DNA of 64,000 nucleotides, from contig JAYRIP010000004.1 of assembly GCA_041906765.1 (NCBI GenBank), positions 68,223 to 132,222 of the forward strand, given 5' to 3'. The notes beneath the pieces are model-generated. The model made no database searches and was not told the DNA's origin. It worked only from the letters and a program-made list of their open reading frames with translations. The translations under genes and the position numbers were made by a program. The DNA comes from Candidatus Saccharimonadales bacterium. GTDB lineage: Bacteria > Patescibacteriota > Saccharimonadia > Saccharimonadales > JAYRRP01. Positions within the stretch are counted from its first letter, which is position 1. Each line of letters opens with the position of its first letter. Positions 48,361 to 58,512 of the stretch are shown here, piece by piece.

Positions 48361-49287
48361 CTATAAGTAAAAGAATCTTTCCTCGATACGAAAGTCAATA
48401 TACTGGGTGGGGACGATATGCTCAGCTTCGAACTTTCGCAGCACCGCCACCGCATTTCCAGAGGCTTGTTTTGGATCCATCAACACATTGAACTTCAAAT
48501 AGTATGGTTTGCCTGCGAGTTTTACATGCAAACGGTTCGGTTGAGGTGGCAGACTCATATTCTCTATGGGTATACCTTGCGAAATTAGCTGTGAATGGAC
48601 TGTAGTTAAAAACTCTACAGTTTGTTTAGGCAATACGTTTTTCCCCTGCCCTAGTGGTAGATTAGACTCATCCGTAACAACTGGCAATCCTTTTAGGGCA
48701 TCTCCGCTGACCTTATTATTTGTTACCAGCGCCCGCCCTGTATTGTCTATCAGGAAATCCCCACTGCCAGTATTACCTGCCAAAACCATAACAGGACGGT
48801 TTGCCTTAATCTCAATGATAGGACGGTGACTTATGAGTGGCAGAATAGTAGTAACACTGGATAGCTCTGGAAATTCCGATTCCATACGCCTACTGATCCG
48901 TTCAGTATCAATGGTAACTTTATTTCTGTTTAAAACAGACTCCTGCAATAAGTCATGGGCAGTCTGATAATATTCACTGGAGGGACGTAGATATGACGAT
49001 ACATCATCTGCGCCAATAACTTTAATCCGAGGAGAGGTATCTAAAACTGTCGCATATATAGCACACACTACAACTGCTGCCAGCGCCAATAGCCCTGGAA
49101 GCAAGTGCCAGAAACGATGTGTTGGTTTGGTGGCTCTGACAGATTGCGCCTCTTCCCTGCCAAGGACAGCAGGTGATTCCGAGCGACGAGCGTGATAAGA
49201 AAACACATCTCGTTTTGGCAGGCGCTCATTATTCAATCGAGCTTGACGGGCAGTTAGACTGGGTTTACGGTTCCCGCGAAATGGCAT
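48361..49287 (-). CDS. ftsQ: cell division protein FtsQ/DivIB-like (last gene of dcw cluster)
   Basis: Its position immediately downstream of murG, a single TM (LLPGLLALAAVVVCAIY) and a periplasmic POTRA-like domain support this. Sequence similarity alone is weak. Confidence 0.5.
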   Translation of the reverse strand: MPFRGNRKPSLTARQARLNNERLPKRDVFSYHARRSESPAVLGREEAQSVRATKPTHRFWHLLPGLLALAAVVVCAIYATVLDTSPRIKVIGADDVSSYLRPSSEYYQTAHDLLQESVLNRNKVTIDTERISRRMESEFPELSSVTTILPLISHRPIIEIKANRPVMVLAGNTGSGDFLIDNTGRALVTNNKVSGDALKGLPVVTDESNLPLGQGKNVLPKQTVEFLTTVHSQLISQGIPIENMSLPPQPNRLHVKLAGKPYYLKFNVLMDPKQASGNAVAVLRKFEAEHIVPTQYIDFRIEERFFYL

Positions 49288-50449
49288 GGCCCTTCCCCGT
49301 TGTAATAATCAATCCTGCCAATTGTTTAGTGGCATCTTTCTTAGTAAAGTCATGTAGCGCTTCACCGTAAGTATGACGTTTCTTTTGGGAGCCTAACAAG
49401 CTTGAGATAGTTTCCAGTAAGACGCTTGGGTCGGCCGCTACTTTGTCTTCAGGCAAAATAATCGCTGCTTTCCTCTTTTCTAGAGCCTGGGCATTTTTCA
49501 ATTGATGCCCACCCGTTAATAGTGGGTTTGGAATAACTACGCAAGCCTTTGCTTGCATGGCAAGTTCAGCTAAGCTTGTAGCTCCCGCACGACACACGAC
49601 TACGTCAGCAGCTCCACTATAACGATAGGCATCTGTCACAAATCCTTCAATCCTGCATCGAGCGTACTGCGACGCAGATAAAGCTTGTTGATAGCGGCGA
49701 CGTATCTCGTTTTGGTGGTCACGGCCCGCCAAATGCAGCACATTAACCTCTGAATAGCGTGCAAAAAGTTCATCCAAAACAGCAGTGATGGCTTCGTTGA
49801 TACGCTGAGCCCCTAGACCGCCACCACTAATGCATACTACCGGGCCGCGTTTTAGGCGCAATTCCCGCTGGTACATTGCCTGTAATTTTGGCGTGACGTA
49901 TTGATATAGTTCATCAACCGGGACACCGGTTTCAACTACTTTATCGGGTGGATAAGTGTAAAATGTCTTCGGCAAAGCGACGGCATGTGCAACTGCCCAA
50001 CGGCTTACGATCCGATTTGCCAGCCCCGGTAATGCGTCCGAATCATGGGTAACGAGCGGAATCCTCCGCAAAGCTGCAGCCAGACCGACCGGTACTCCCA
50101 CATATCCCCCTTTTATAAACACCACTGCTGGCCGGCTATTGCGCAGCAACCAATAACTTTGCCAACTACCTACGATGACATACCAAAAATCCCTTAGGTT
50201 TTTACCTACGGTAGATAGGTCAAATATTTGCCGCCAGCCCTCTTGATGATAGCGTCGAAATTTACCAGCTCGAATCGCCCAGACATCATCAAACACCCCT
50301 TGCGCATCAGCTACATCTTGCAATTTATCGCCACGTACACCAATATAACAAACCCTTGCGCTAGGATCTCGGTGTTTTATTTCTTTAGCGACCGCCAAAA
50401 GTGGGGTGATATGCCCCCCGGAGCCGCCGCCGACCAGGACTATCGTCAT
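49265..50449 (-). CDS. murG: UDP-N-acetylglucosamine--N-acetylmuramyl-(pentapeptide) pyrophosphoryl-undecaprenol N-acetylglucosamine transferase
   Basis: The N-terminal GGGSGGHITP motif and the C-terminal GT-B domain are present. The start is taken at MTIVLVGGG at 50449 rather than the longer ORF from 50524. Confidence 0.85.
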   Translation of the reverse strand: MTIVLVGGGSGGHITPLLAVAKEIKHRDPSARVCYIGVRGDKLQDVADAQGVFDDVWAIRAGKFRRYHQEGWRQIFDLSTVGKNLRDFWYVIVGSWQSYWLLRNSRPAVVFIKGGYVGVPVGLAAALRRIPLVTHDSDALPGLANRIVSRWAVAHAVALPKTFYTYPPDKVVETGVPVDELYQYVTPKLQAMYQRELRLKRGPVVCISGGGLGAQRINEAITAVLDELFARYSEVNVLHLAGRDHQNEIRRRYQQALSASQYARCRIEGFVTDAYRYSGAADVVVCRAGATSLAELAMQAKACVVIPNPLLTGGHQLKNAQALEKRKAAIILPEDKVAADPSVLLETISSLLGSQKKRHTYGEALHDFTKKDATKQLAGLIITTGKGHAISREP

Positions 50450-51623
50450 ATTTGTTCCTTTGTGTGTTTCGTGCAGTGCTGTAGGTAGTATAGCGCGAAA
50501 TATTAAAGACCACACCAAGAGCACCAGTCACAAATACTAAGCTGGTTCCTCCGTAGCTTATAAAAGGCAGCGTGATACCCTTTAGCGGCAAAAGACCAAG
50601 CATGGCACCTATGTTTATTATCGCTTGAGTACTCAACCACGCTAATATGCCACTTGCCAGCAGTCTCGTATAAATATCGGGAGTACGCTCAATAATAAAT
50701 TTGAGACGCATAAACAATGCAAGAAATAATCCTAGTAATAAGACGCAACCGACAAAGCCGAACTTTTCCGCATAAATCGCAAATATTGAATCATTGGCCG
50801 CTTCCGGCAAGTAGCCATAGGCCTGTACACTCCTGGCTAGACCAAGTCCAAACATGCCACCCGAACCAACGGCAATTAATGCCTGACAAGCCTGATAACC
50901 CGCCCCCTGACAATCACGCGTCGGATTAAGGAAAGTCGAGAAGCGATCACGTCTATACCCACTCGACGCAATTGCTAAAATTCCACCAATTAAGATAATG
51001 CTACCCACCATCGCAATCCGTTTGAGTGGTAAGCCAGCCACAAAGGACATTACCGCCATAATTGCTGCTATGACACCCATGGAGCCAAGGTCACTTTGCA
51101 CCACAGCTACAATCAAGCTTACCAGTGCCAACGCAATCAGTAAGGGCTTTAGGGTTTTATTTTGATCGGCTAGTTCGTTATTTCGTATCCGGTCAGTCAA
51201 AAAGCCCGCCAACCATACCAACAAAGCAAACTTAATCAGTTCAGCCGCCTGGAACGAAAGCCCCCCAATCTGTACCCAGCGGTAAGCACCATTTACCCGT
51301 TCGCCTAACAATCGTACTGCAACCGAAGCAATTAATGCCAAAATAATGAGCGGCCTCTCGAGATGTCTCCATGCCCGTATTGGTACATTCGCTGCGATCA
51401 AGAATGCTACTGTCCCTAGAGCAATCGCCACCAATTGCTTGCCCACGTAATAGTTTTCGCTGACATGTTTCTGGGCACTAAGGCCCGGACTAATCGCATA
51501 GACAACAATCAGTCCCACTACCAGCAGCGCAAGACTCAACAGTATCAGCCAGTAATCCGGCCGGTGTCGCCGCTGCAGGACGGAGCCAACACCCAACGGT
51601 CGGCGTGCTTGAGACGGCCTCAT
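50385..51623 (-). CDS. ftsW: SEDS-family peptidoglycan glycosyltransferase FtsW
   Basis: A 10-TM SEDS topology with conserved GLGLARS..GYLPEA segments. It sits between mraY and murG. Confidence 0.85.
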   Translation of the reverse strand: MRPSQARRPLGVGSVLQRRHRPDYWLILLSLALLVVGLIVVYAISPGLSAQKHVSENYYVGKQLVAIALGTVAFLIAANVPIRAWRHLERPLIILALIASVAVRLLGERVNGAYRWVQIGGLSFQAAELIKFALLVWLAGFLTDRIRNNELADQNKTLKPLLIALALVSLIVAVVQSDLGSMGVIAAIMAVMSFVAGLPLKRIAMVGSIILIGGILAIASSGYRRDRFSTFLNPTRDCQGAGYQACQALIAVGSGGMFGLGLARSVQAYGYLPEAANDSIFAIYAEKFGFVGCVLLLGLFLALFMRLKFIIERTPDIYTRLLASGILAWLSTQAIINIGAMLGLLPLKGITLPFISYGGTSLVFVTGALGVVFNISRYTTYSTARNTQRNKYDDSPGRRRLRGAYHPTFGGR

Positions 51624-52666
51624 AAATACTTCCCTATCAAAAACAGCATCAACCCCAAAAAGCTACAAACCTGGCCGATGACCCAAAATCGCATAGTAAC
51701 CTTGGCTTCCGGCCAACCGCTGGCTTCAAAGTGATGATGTAACGGTGTGATTTTGAAAATTTTCTTTCCATTGCGAAGTTTCTTGGAAATAATCTGTAGC
51801 AGTGTTGAGCCTGCTTCAGCCACAAACACCAAGCCAATAACGGGTAGCAAGGCCACCGTGTCGGTTAGCATAGCAACGACGCCCAAGGCTGTACCAAGGG
51901 CAAACGATCCCACATCGCCCATAAAGAAACGTGCTGGATAAATGTTGAACCATGTATAGGACAGTAAGGCGCCGACGATAGTAAGGCAAAAAGCGGAAAT
52001 CCCAAATCTGTTCTCTAAAAATGCAATGAGCGCATATACGCCGAAAGCTGTCACCGTTAAACCGCCTGCTAGTCCGTCCAGGCCGTCCGACATGTTCACG
52101 GCATTTGCTGTCGCAACTACCACCAGAATAAACAATGGAACTATTAGCCAGCCAATGTGCCACGATCCCCATAGTGGGATATGTATGCTGTCTACCTCTA
52201 ATTTATAATAAAAGAACCAGCCCCCTACCAGTGCAATAAATGTGGTCAGTAACAGTTTTAATTTTGACGGTAAGCCAGCTACCCCTATCCCTGGACCCTT
52301 GACATTGATGATGTCATCCAAAAGGCCAACTGCACCAGCGCCCGCAAATGCAGCCAGTGGTAACCATGTCTCGGCTCTGCTAAGATTCGCTACCAATGTC
52401 ACTATCGCAACCGCACAAACAAAGACTATGCCAGCCATGGTAGGAATATTGCGACGGTGTTTTTCTGCATGAAGTTGTGCAAATACCTTTGCCGGCTCAC
52501 CTGTCACAGCATTGACCCGCGGCTTTTTCCACCATTGGTAACGATACGCAAAGGTTGTATACAAAGGAGTAATTAACATGCTGGTTAAAAATCCCATAAA
52601 TCCCAGCAGCAGGATGCGGATAACAGTCGGAGTTTGGACGGTAATGTGGAGCGTACTTGGTTCCAT
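51620..52666 (-). CDS. mraY: phospho-N-acetylmuramoyl-pentapeptide-transferase
   Basis: NAVNMSDGLDGLAGG and the DD/HHH motifs are present. There is a 4-nt overlap with the ftsW start. Confidence 0.9.
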   Translation of the reverse strand: MEPSTLHITVQTPTVIRILLLGFMGFLTSMLITPLYTTFAYRYQWWKKPRVNAVTGEPAKVFAQLHAEKHRRNIPTMAGIVFVCAVAIVTLVANLSRAETWLPLAAFAGAGAVGLLDDIINVKGPGIGVAGLPSKLKLLLTTFIALVGGWFFYYKLEVDSIHIPLWGSWHIGWLIVPLFILVVVATANAVNMSDGLDGLAGGLTVTAFGVYALIAFLENRFGISAFCLTIVGALLSYTWFNIYPARFFMGDVGSFALGTALGVVAMLTDTVALLPVIGLVFVAEAGSTLLQIISKKLRNGKKIFKITPLHHHFEASGWPEAKVTMRFWVIGQVCSFLGLMLFLIGKYL

Positions 52667-52692
52667 TTGTTCTTTTCTTTTTTATTATACCC

Positions 52693-54465
52693 TTATGGCA
52701 TGCTTGGCGCGATGTTAAAATTTTCAATCAACATTGAAGAGAGGCCAGCAAATATTGGGGCCGCCGCCTTCGCACCTGCATAGCCGGCAATATGTGGCTC
52801 ATTCACTCTCACAACAATTACATACTTCGGTTTTTCACCCCCAACAAAACCCATGAAAGTCCCGTTGAACTTATTATCATAATAGCCGCCATCTGGCTTG
52901 GTAATTTCAGCGGTACCCGTCTTGCCGCCGATAATATAACCAGCTGGTGGTTCTTTCATTCCATATGCCTGGTAGTTCTTGTTCACCACGTGTTGCATAA
53001 GGGCCCTAATTTCTTCGCTTGTTTTAGCTGATAGTACAGGCCCGCCGACAACCTCGGGTTGTTTTTTTACTTGCTTGCCATCCATATCAGTCAGACTGTC
53101 CACTAACCGGGGTCGATAATATGTCCCCCCATTAACCATGGCTGACAGAGCGGCACCGATTTGCAAGGGGGTAGTCGTCATTCCCTGGCCAAATGCCATG
53201 TTGGCATACTGAATATTCAAGCCAAAACCATCTTTAGGATCAGGAATGGAGCCAGCTGCTTCATAGCCTTGTTCTATGCCAGTAGCTGAACCAAAGTGGT
53301 AATGGTTCACTAAATAATCATGCCAGGTTACCCTTGCCTTTTCATTGATACTACCACCACCCATCTGTTGAAGAAGGTACACGGCACCTGTATTCAGTGA
53401 GAGCTGCAATATATCAGCGATACTCCGGGTGCCCGCTCCCCCGTCTTCCTCAATGTTGGTTACCTTTTTGCCATCTACCACCACAAAACTTGGATCATAA
53501 TAGGTCGTATCCTTCTTGACTGCCCCCTGGTTAAGGGCGGCGGCGGCGGTAAAGGGCTTCATGATCGAGCCGACTTCAAGGGGAGCACTTGCGGCAGCAT
53601 TATTAAATATGGCTGCATCCTGGACCTTGTAAAATTCAGCTGGATTATACGTTGGGTAGTTTGCCATCGCCTTCACTGCGCCAGTATCAACTTCTATAAT
53701 CAGCGCGCTACCAGAACTAGATTTGGCAGAATCCAAACCTGTCTTGAGGATGTCCTGGAGCTGTCTTTGCATGGAAATATCAATTGTGAGCAGCGCTCGC
53801 TTCCCATTCTGTGGTTGCGTGACAATGTTGTCTTTGTTTGCAACCAACGGGACACCTTGTGCGTCAGTAATTGCCTTCAATTGCCCGGGTGTACCGGCCA
53901 GCTCCTTCTGCAATTGCTGCTCTATCCCATACTTACCTTCCCCGTCATCATTAACAAAACCCAGCAGCTGTGCAGCTAAGTCACCTTGGGGATAGGTCCT
54001 TAAGCTGGACTCCCTTGTCCCTAAGCCCTTCAACTTTAAGCCATCCAGTTGTTCATGTTGCTTTTTATCGAGTTTCTTTGCCAGTATGGCGTAACGGCTG
54101 TTAGTTTTCATTTTACGCTCATACTCAGTCTTATCGCCCCCTATTACGCCCTGCACCGCTGCAGCGGCAGCGGCCGGATCTTTGATATACTTTGGGTCAG
54201 CAAATAATACATAGCGGGTCTCGTTGAGCACCAGGGGTACTGTCTTGTCTCCATCATGCACCTCTATAGCGCCACGCTCTGAGGGCACTTGATATTCTTT
54301 GATTTGAGCTTGCAGTGCCGCATGACGATAGTAATCATGGCGCAAAACTTGTAGATAAAACAGTCTGAGTAAAAAGGTTGCCAGTACTACCAAAATAAGC
54401 GCGTACCACACGCGTACACGCTTGAGCGAACCGATTGCGGCCGGCATTGGTGCTGGCATTTGCAT
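52693..54465 (-). CDS. ftsI: penicillin-binding protein (class B transpeptidase, FtsI/PBP2-like)
   Basis: An N-terminal TM and dimerisation domain are followed by the transpeptidase motifs GSIMKPF (SxxK), SxN and KTGT. Confidence 0.85.
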   Translation of the reverse strand: MQMPAPMPAAIGSLKRVRVWYALILVVLATFLLRLFYLQVLRHDYYRHAALQAQIKEYQVPSERGAIEVHDGDKTVPLVLNETRYVLFADPKYIKDPAAAAAAVQGVIGGDKTEYERKMKTNSRYAILAKKLDKKQHEQLDGLKLKGLGTRESSLRTYPQGDLAAQLLGFVNDDGEGKYGIEQQLQKELAGTPGQLKAITDAQGVPLVANKDNIVTQPQNGKRALLTIDISMQRQLQDILKTGLDSAKSSSGSALIIEVDTGAVKAMANYPTYNPAEFYKVQDAAIFNNAAASAPLEVGSIMKPFTAAAALNQGAVKKDTTYYDPSFVVVDGKKVTNIEEDGGAGTRSIADILQLSLNTGAVYLLQQMGGGSINEKARVTWHDYLVNHYHFGSATGIEQGYEAAGSIPDPKDGFGLNIQYANMAFGQGMTTTPLQIGAALSAMVNGGTYYRPRLVDSLTDMDGKQVKKQPEVVGGPVLSAKTSEEIRALMQHVVNKNYQAYGMKEPPAGYIIGGKTGTAEITKPDGGYYDNKFNGTFMGFVGGEKPKYVIVVRVNEPHIAGYAGAKAAAPIFAGLSSMLIENFNIAPSMP

Positions 54466-54481
54466 GGTCCTTTATTATACC

Positions 54482-54829
54482 TTAGTTCTGAACAGTAGCA
54501 CTGGGCGCAACAGATACAAGTTTTTTAGCCGCTTCGCTGTTTTTAACACGATCAAGGGCTTGCAAACGCGCTGATGCAACTTCAAGCTCTTCATGCTCTT
54601 GCTGTAATTTTGCCTGCTGGCGCGTGAGTTCATTGATACGGTAACCATGAGCGTTTGTTTTGGTCACCTGGGTTAGATAAAGTAACCCCAGTACACAGCC
54701 CAGCACGATCAGTAACACGATAGTGCTAATTGGACCCAGAGATCGTTCTTGGGTCTGGAAACCGGTAAAGTTTTGGTTGCGTTTTGTAAAACGCTGTCGG
54801 CCTAAAGCCAACGAACTTGAGTATGTCAT
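54482..54829 (-). CDS. ftsL: FtsL/DivIC-like septum formation initiator
   Basis: It has a single TM, a coiled coil (LTRQQAKLQQEHEELE) and lies between rsmH and ftsI. Confidence 0.5.
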   Translation of the reverse strand: MTYSSSLALGRQRFTKRNQNFTGFQTQERSLGPISTIVLLIVLGCVLGLLYLTQVTKTNAHGYRINELTRQQAKLQQEHEELEVASARLQALDRVKNSEAAKKLVSVAPSATVQN

Positions 54830-54930
54830 ATTGTTTTTTGTGTTTATTTTTTGTTTGGTGGGGGCCGCTTATGCAGGGCCCCCAATATTTTGCCTATCTT
54901 CAGTGCGATCAGAGAACTCTGACGCGCACC

Positions 54931-55905
54931 TTATAGGCGCGGGAGGTGCTTTTTACCTGTATCGGCATGACCTTCCCTTCCGTTTTTATTTTTCACTGCC
55001 GCCCTTAGTTTTGCACTGCGGGCGCGCGGATTGATAACTAATTCTTCGGCCGATGGGACTATAGGCTTGGACGTAAGGAGAGTAAGTGACGCATCATACG
55101 CATGTTTCGCTCCTGATTGCCCCATGAATTGCTTCACCAAACGGTCTTCGAGACTATGAAAACTTATTACTACCATCCGACCTCCAGGACGTAAAAGTGC
55201 ATCCCAGAGAGGCAAAGCACGTTCCAGCAAATTCAGTTCGTCATTCACTGCAATCCTCAGCGCCTGAAAGACGCGGGTAGCTGGATGTATCTTGGCATAA
55301 AATCGCTGCGGTGCAGCTTTTTTTATTGCTTCAGCTAGCTCACCCGTAGTACGAAATGGACGCTGGTCGACAATAGCACGGGCAAATTTTCGCGACTGCG
55401 GTTCTTCACCGTATTGCTGCAATAGCCAAACCAATTCCTCGTAGTCATAGGCATTGACGATGTCTGCCGCGGTGAGCTGCTGCTGCTGATCCATACGCAT
55501 ATCCAGTGGCCCGTCGCGGTTAATGGCAAACCCTCGGCTCGATGTGTTAAGGTGCGGTGACGATACTCCCAAATCAGCCAACAATAAATCAAACTGCTGA
55601 CCTTCCCGTAATAATTCTTGACTGGCTGTGAGAAAATCCTGGTGACGGAACTCGACCGCCCTGCTTTTAAACTTCTCGCGTAAGCTCGCAATGGCTTCCG
55701 CATCACGGTCAACTAACGTTGCCGTACCCAAAGTCCGTGAGAGAACCTCCGTTGCATGGCCGCCATAACCTGCCGTCATGTCAACGTAAGTCTCACGCGG
55801 CTGTGGATCAAGTAAGCGCAAGGTCTCTGCCAGTAAGACCGGTTCATGTTTGTTTTTGTTTTTTGGGGACATATCTTTTAATGCTTTTTGTTTTTGCAAG
55901 GTCAC
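54931..55905 (-). CDS. rsmH: 16S rRNA (cytosine1402-N4)-methyltransferase
   Basis: HEPVLL, YVDMTAGYGGHA, DLGVSS and ISFHSLEDR motifs are present. An alternative start is MSPKNK at 55872. Confidence 0.9.
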   Translation of the reverse strand: MTLQKQKALKDMSPKNKNKHEPVLLAETLRLLDPQPRETYVDMTAGYGGHATEVLSRTLGTATLVDRDAEAIASLREKFKSRAVEFRHQDFLTASQELLREGQQFDLLLADLGVSSPHLNTSSRGFAINRDGPLDMRMDQQQQLTAADIVNAYDYEELVWLLQQYGEEPQSRKFARAIVDQRPFRTTGELAEAIKKAAPQRFYAKIHPATRVFQALRIAVNDELNLLERALPLWDALLRPGGRMVVISFHSLEDRLVKQFMGQSGAKHAYDASLTLLTSKPIVPSAEELVINPRARSAKLRAAVKNKNGREGHADTGKKHLPRL

Positions 55906-56208
55906 CTAACCAGCAGCCAGCTTTTTGTTTTTTAGGTTGTTTTTGTTTTTGTTGTTTTTTAGCGATTCCTTCGCTTTGTATGAGCAAAGCATGGGTAAGT
56001 CAAGATTTGTAATCTTGAAACACTTCGCTCAAGCAAAAAATCGCATTTGAGAGACTTATGTGTGAGGTGGAGTTTTGGGAGGTGTTTTTTGGGTAAGGTA
56101 CAAGGGTTTTTAAGGTGGTTACCCTCAAGCCACCTGCTGACTGCCGATTAGCTGACCTCGCACCTGTTTTGCCTGGTCTTTCTATAGCTAATATCTGTTA
56201 AGGTGCGA

Positions 56209-56562
56209 CTATGCGGCTATTAAGCGCCAGTATTTTCCGGCCCTTACCGCCTTTATATCCCGGCCTATGCCGGCATAGTCGAGCAAATGTTGCTCTAGTA
56301 CGACTCTTCCCTGTTTCTTGTCCAAGGGAGCTTCGTATTTTCCGGTGCGGAATTGCACGTTGAGGTCTGCCGTGCGTTCATCGAGAATATTGCCCAACAG
56401 CAACGGCTCAACCTCTTGATCCCATACCGATTTTGGGTAAAGGTGCAAGTAATTCTGGTAGCCTTGTGTGACAACCACTCCGCTCGCAAGCTCATCTCTA
56501 AGCTCAACGGGTATAGTTAACCGCCGCTTATCGTCAAGCCTACGCTCAAAGTAATCGACCAC
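56209..56562 (-). CDS. mraZ: transcriptional regulator MraZ (short form)
   Basis: Two DxxxR-type repeats (DDKRRLTIP and DKKQGRVVL) are present, and it is the first gene of the dcw cluster. Confidence 0.7.
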   Translation of the reverse strand: MVDYFERRLDDKRRLTIPVELRDELASGVVVTQGYQNYLHLYPKSVWDQEVEPLLLGNILDERTADLNVQFRTGKYEAPLDKKQGRVVLEQHLLDYAGIGRDIKAVRAGKYWRLIAA

Positions 56563-56629
56563 CTGGCTCTCCTTCTTACTGATAGTGGTTTTTGTTTTTT
56601 CGCGGTGTATCCTGAGCTCGCCGCTAGGC

Positions 56630-56677
56630 TACCCACGATTACCCACTGCCATGAATATACTACCCACAGCTACCCAC
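56630..56677 (-). promoter_or_regulatory. four direct GTGGGTA repeats upstream of mraZ, a putative MraZ operator
   Basis: On the plus strand, TACCCAC occurs at 56630, 56640, 56661 and 56671 with 10-nt phasing within pairs. The array lies 68-115 nt upstream of the mraZ start. Confidence 0.5.
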
Positions 56678-56781
56678 AAGCAAGCATTTTTTGGTGAAAA
56701 TAAGCTAATCTTTGTCCAGTTTTCCACAGGGCGCACCTTTCAATGACTCGGCACACAACATGTGGTGTCGGCAGAGGCAAT

Positions 56782-57156
56782 TTACTCACTAGCCGGTGGT
56801 CTTTGTGCTTTATCGGGAATGTGTAACTGCTCACCCACTTGTAGACCAGGTTTACCATCCGCTTCTGCTTGTTGGCTTAGTTCTTCGAGCATTGGGTGGA
56901 TATTTTCCTTGGGACCGACTGCTTCCCTGGCTTTGCCCCACAGTGTATCACCTGGTTTTGCGATAACCGTATGGAAGTTTCTCTTGGCGTTGGGATCGTT
57001 GGGCTGATAATGTTCAACCGGCGCGCCGTTTACCCGATCTGACCATCCTGCGGCAGCTTTGCCTGCACCGAGTAGCGCTGCTCCAGCTAGGCCGGCCGCG
57101 ATTAGGCGACGCACATGGTAATTTGGTTGATTTGAATTTTTGTTTGTTTCTGACAT
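56782..57156 (-). CDS. membrane-anchored LysM-domain protein
   Basis: A TM is followed by the LysM signature HTVIAKPGDTLWGKA..LQVGEQLHIP. Confidence 0.65.
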   Translation of the reverse strand: MSETNKNSNQPNYHVRRLIAAGLAGAALLGAGKAAAGWSDRVNGAPVEHYQPNDPNAKRNFHTVIAKPGDTLWGKAREAVGPKENIHPMLEELSQQAEADGKPGLQVGEQLHIPDKAQRPPASE

Positions 57157-57180
57157 AACATAAGCACTATACCAAGGTTT

Positions 57181-58461
57181 TTAATTTTTGTCAATTACAT
57201 TGCCTTCATGTCTTAAACGCTTAATCTTGTCTGCAAACCATTTTGCACTCGGGCGAACTTGCCGAGCCATATTATTCTCGCGCTCTACCGCCACTAAGCC
57301 AAACTTCGGCCACCACCCATACGACCACTCAAAATTATCGAGAAGGCTCCAATGAAAGTAGCCCCGCAAATCTACGCCTTCACTGAGCGCTCGCTCCATT
57401 GCAACGATAGTCTCTTCTATCCACCATTGCCGATACTGGTCGTGCATGTCAGCAACTCCATTTTCTGTCACAAAAATTGGTTTCTTGTACCTTATCCATA
57501 TCCGAAGCAATAACGGATATAACCCTTCCGGCTCCATGTACCAGCCAAGATCATTGACCGGTAAAGTCGGGTTTTGCCGTTTAAACAATCCCGTATAGTA
57601 ATCGGTAAAGTAATAATTAAACCCAACAAAATCCTGCTGCTTACGAATCCGCCGCAAGAACCACCAGTTCCAAAAATACCGCATAAGTTTAGTAGAAATT
57701 TCATCAAAAATATTGTGGGGGCGTTTCGCTTGTATATTGGCTAATTGGGCAGCAATACCTACCTGCAGTTTGGGATTTTTGCTTTTAAGAATACGATACG
57801 CCTGTCGGTGGGCACGTACCAGATTTAGGTACACAAAGCCAAAACTGAGCCAACTTTTTTCCTGGGGTGGCCACTGACCGCTTAAGAACCCAAAACTGGC
57901 ATATACATTCGGTTCATTCAGGGTGACGCAATAGCGGACAGATTCTCCGTACTCGTCGGCTATTTTTTGAACAAACCGCCGCCAATCAGACAAGTTAGCA
58001 CGCTTTTTGAACCCCCCCTTATCCGTGAACCAGGTTGGCAACGTCCAATGCCAAATATTCATGAAGGGTTCAATCTTCAGTTGCTTTAAGTGGCTAATAT
58101 ATTCGTGGTAGTGCTGAATCGCTGACTCATCCCATTTCCCTGGCTCAGGCTCAATCCTTGACCACTCAATACCAAACCGGAAGGCATTAAAGTTGAGCGA
58201 CTTAACGAGTGCAAAATCGGTTTTGTAACGCTTGAGATGATCGACCGCCCTGCCCGAGACATAATTAGATGGTGACGTGGCTTGCGACTTAACTTCTTCC
58301 CAAGTTGGCAGCCAACCAAGCCGTGCATGGGCAGTTTTGGCTAATTCACTGGCATGAGCCAATTCCCATACGGTCCATTGGTTGTCACAGCCACCTTCCA
58401 CCTGATGGCTGGCGGTACTTACGCCCCAATAAAAATCCTTTGGAAATACGTTTTTTGTCAC
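57181..58461 (-). CDS. GH1-family beta-glucosidase / 6-phospho-beta-glucosidase
   Basis: The acid/base motif TLNEPNV and nucleophile motif IFVTENG are present in a roughly 430-aa TIM-barrel protein. Confidence 0.85.
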   Translation of the reverse strand: MTKNVFPKDFYWGVSTASHQVEGGCDNQWTVWELAHASELAKTAHARLGWLPTWEEVKSQATSPSNYVSGRAVDHLKRYKTDFALVKSLNFNAFRFGIEWSRIEPEPGKWDESAIQHYHEYISHLKQLKIEPFMNIWHWTLPTWFTDKGGFKKRANLSDWRRFVQKIADEYGESVRYCVTLNEPNVYASFGFLSGQWPPQEKSWLSFGFVYLNLVRAHRQAYRILKSKNPKLQVGIAAQLANIQAKRPHNIFDEISTKLMRYFWNWWFLRRIRKQQDFVGFNYYFTDYYTGLFKRQNPTLPVNDLGWYMEPEGLYPLLLRIWIRYKKPIFVTENGVADMHDQYRQWWIEETIVAMERALSEGVDLRGYFHWSLLDNFEWSYGWWPKFGLVAVERENNMARQVRPSAKWFADKIKRLRHEGNVIDKN

Positions 58462-58512
58462 TTCAGGTTATTATACTTGAGTCCTAAGTTTGCTGTCAGC
58501 TTTTCATTATGC

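Noticed and set aside
56121-56137. 17-nt exact repeat TACCCTCAAGCCACCTG also present at 63631-63647
   Set aside because: Expected chance occurrence of one 17-mer match in 64 kb on both strands is about 0.2, so it is not clearly significant. One copy is intergenic (rsmH-mraZ, within a small hairpin) and the other lies inside a coding region, and neither has flanking similarity.
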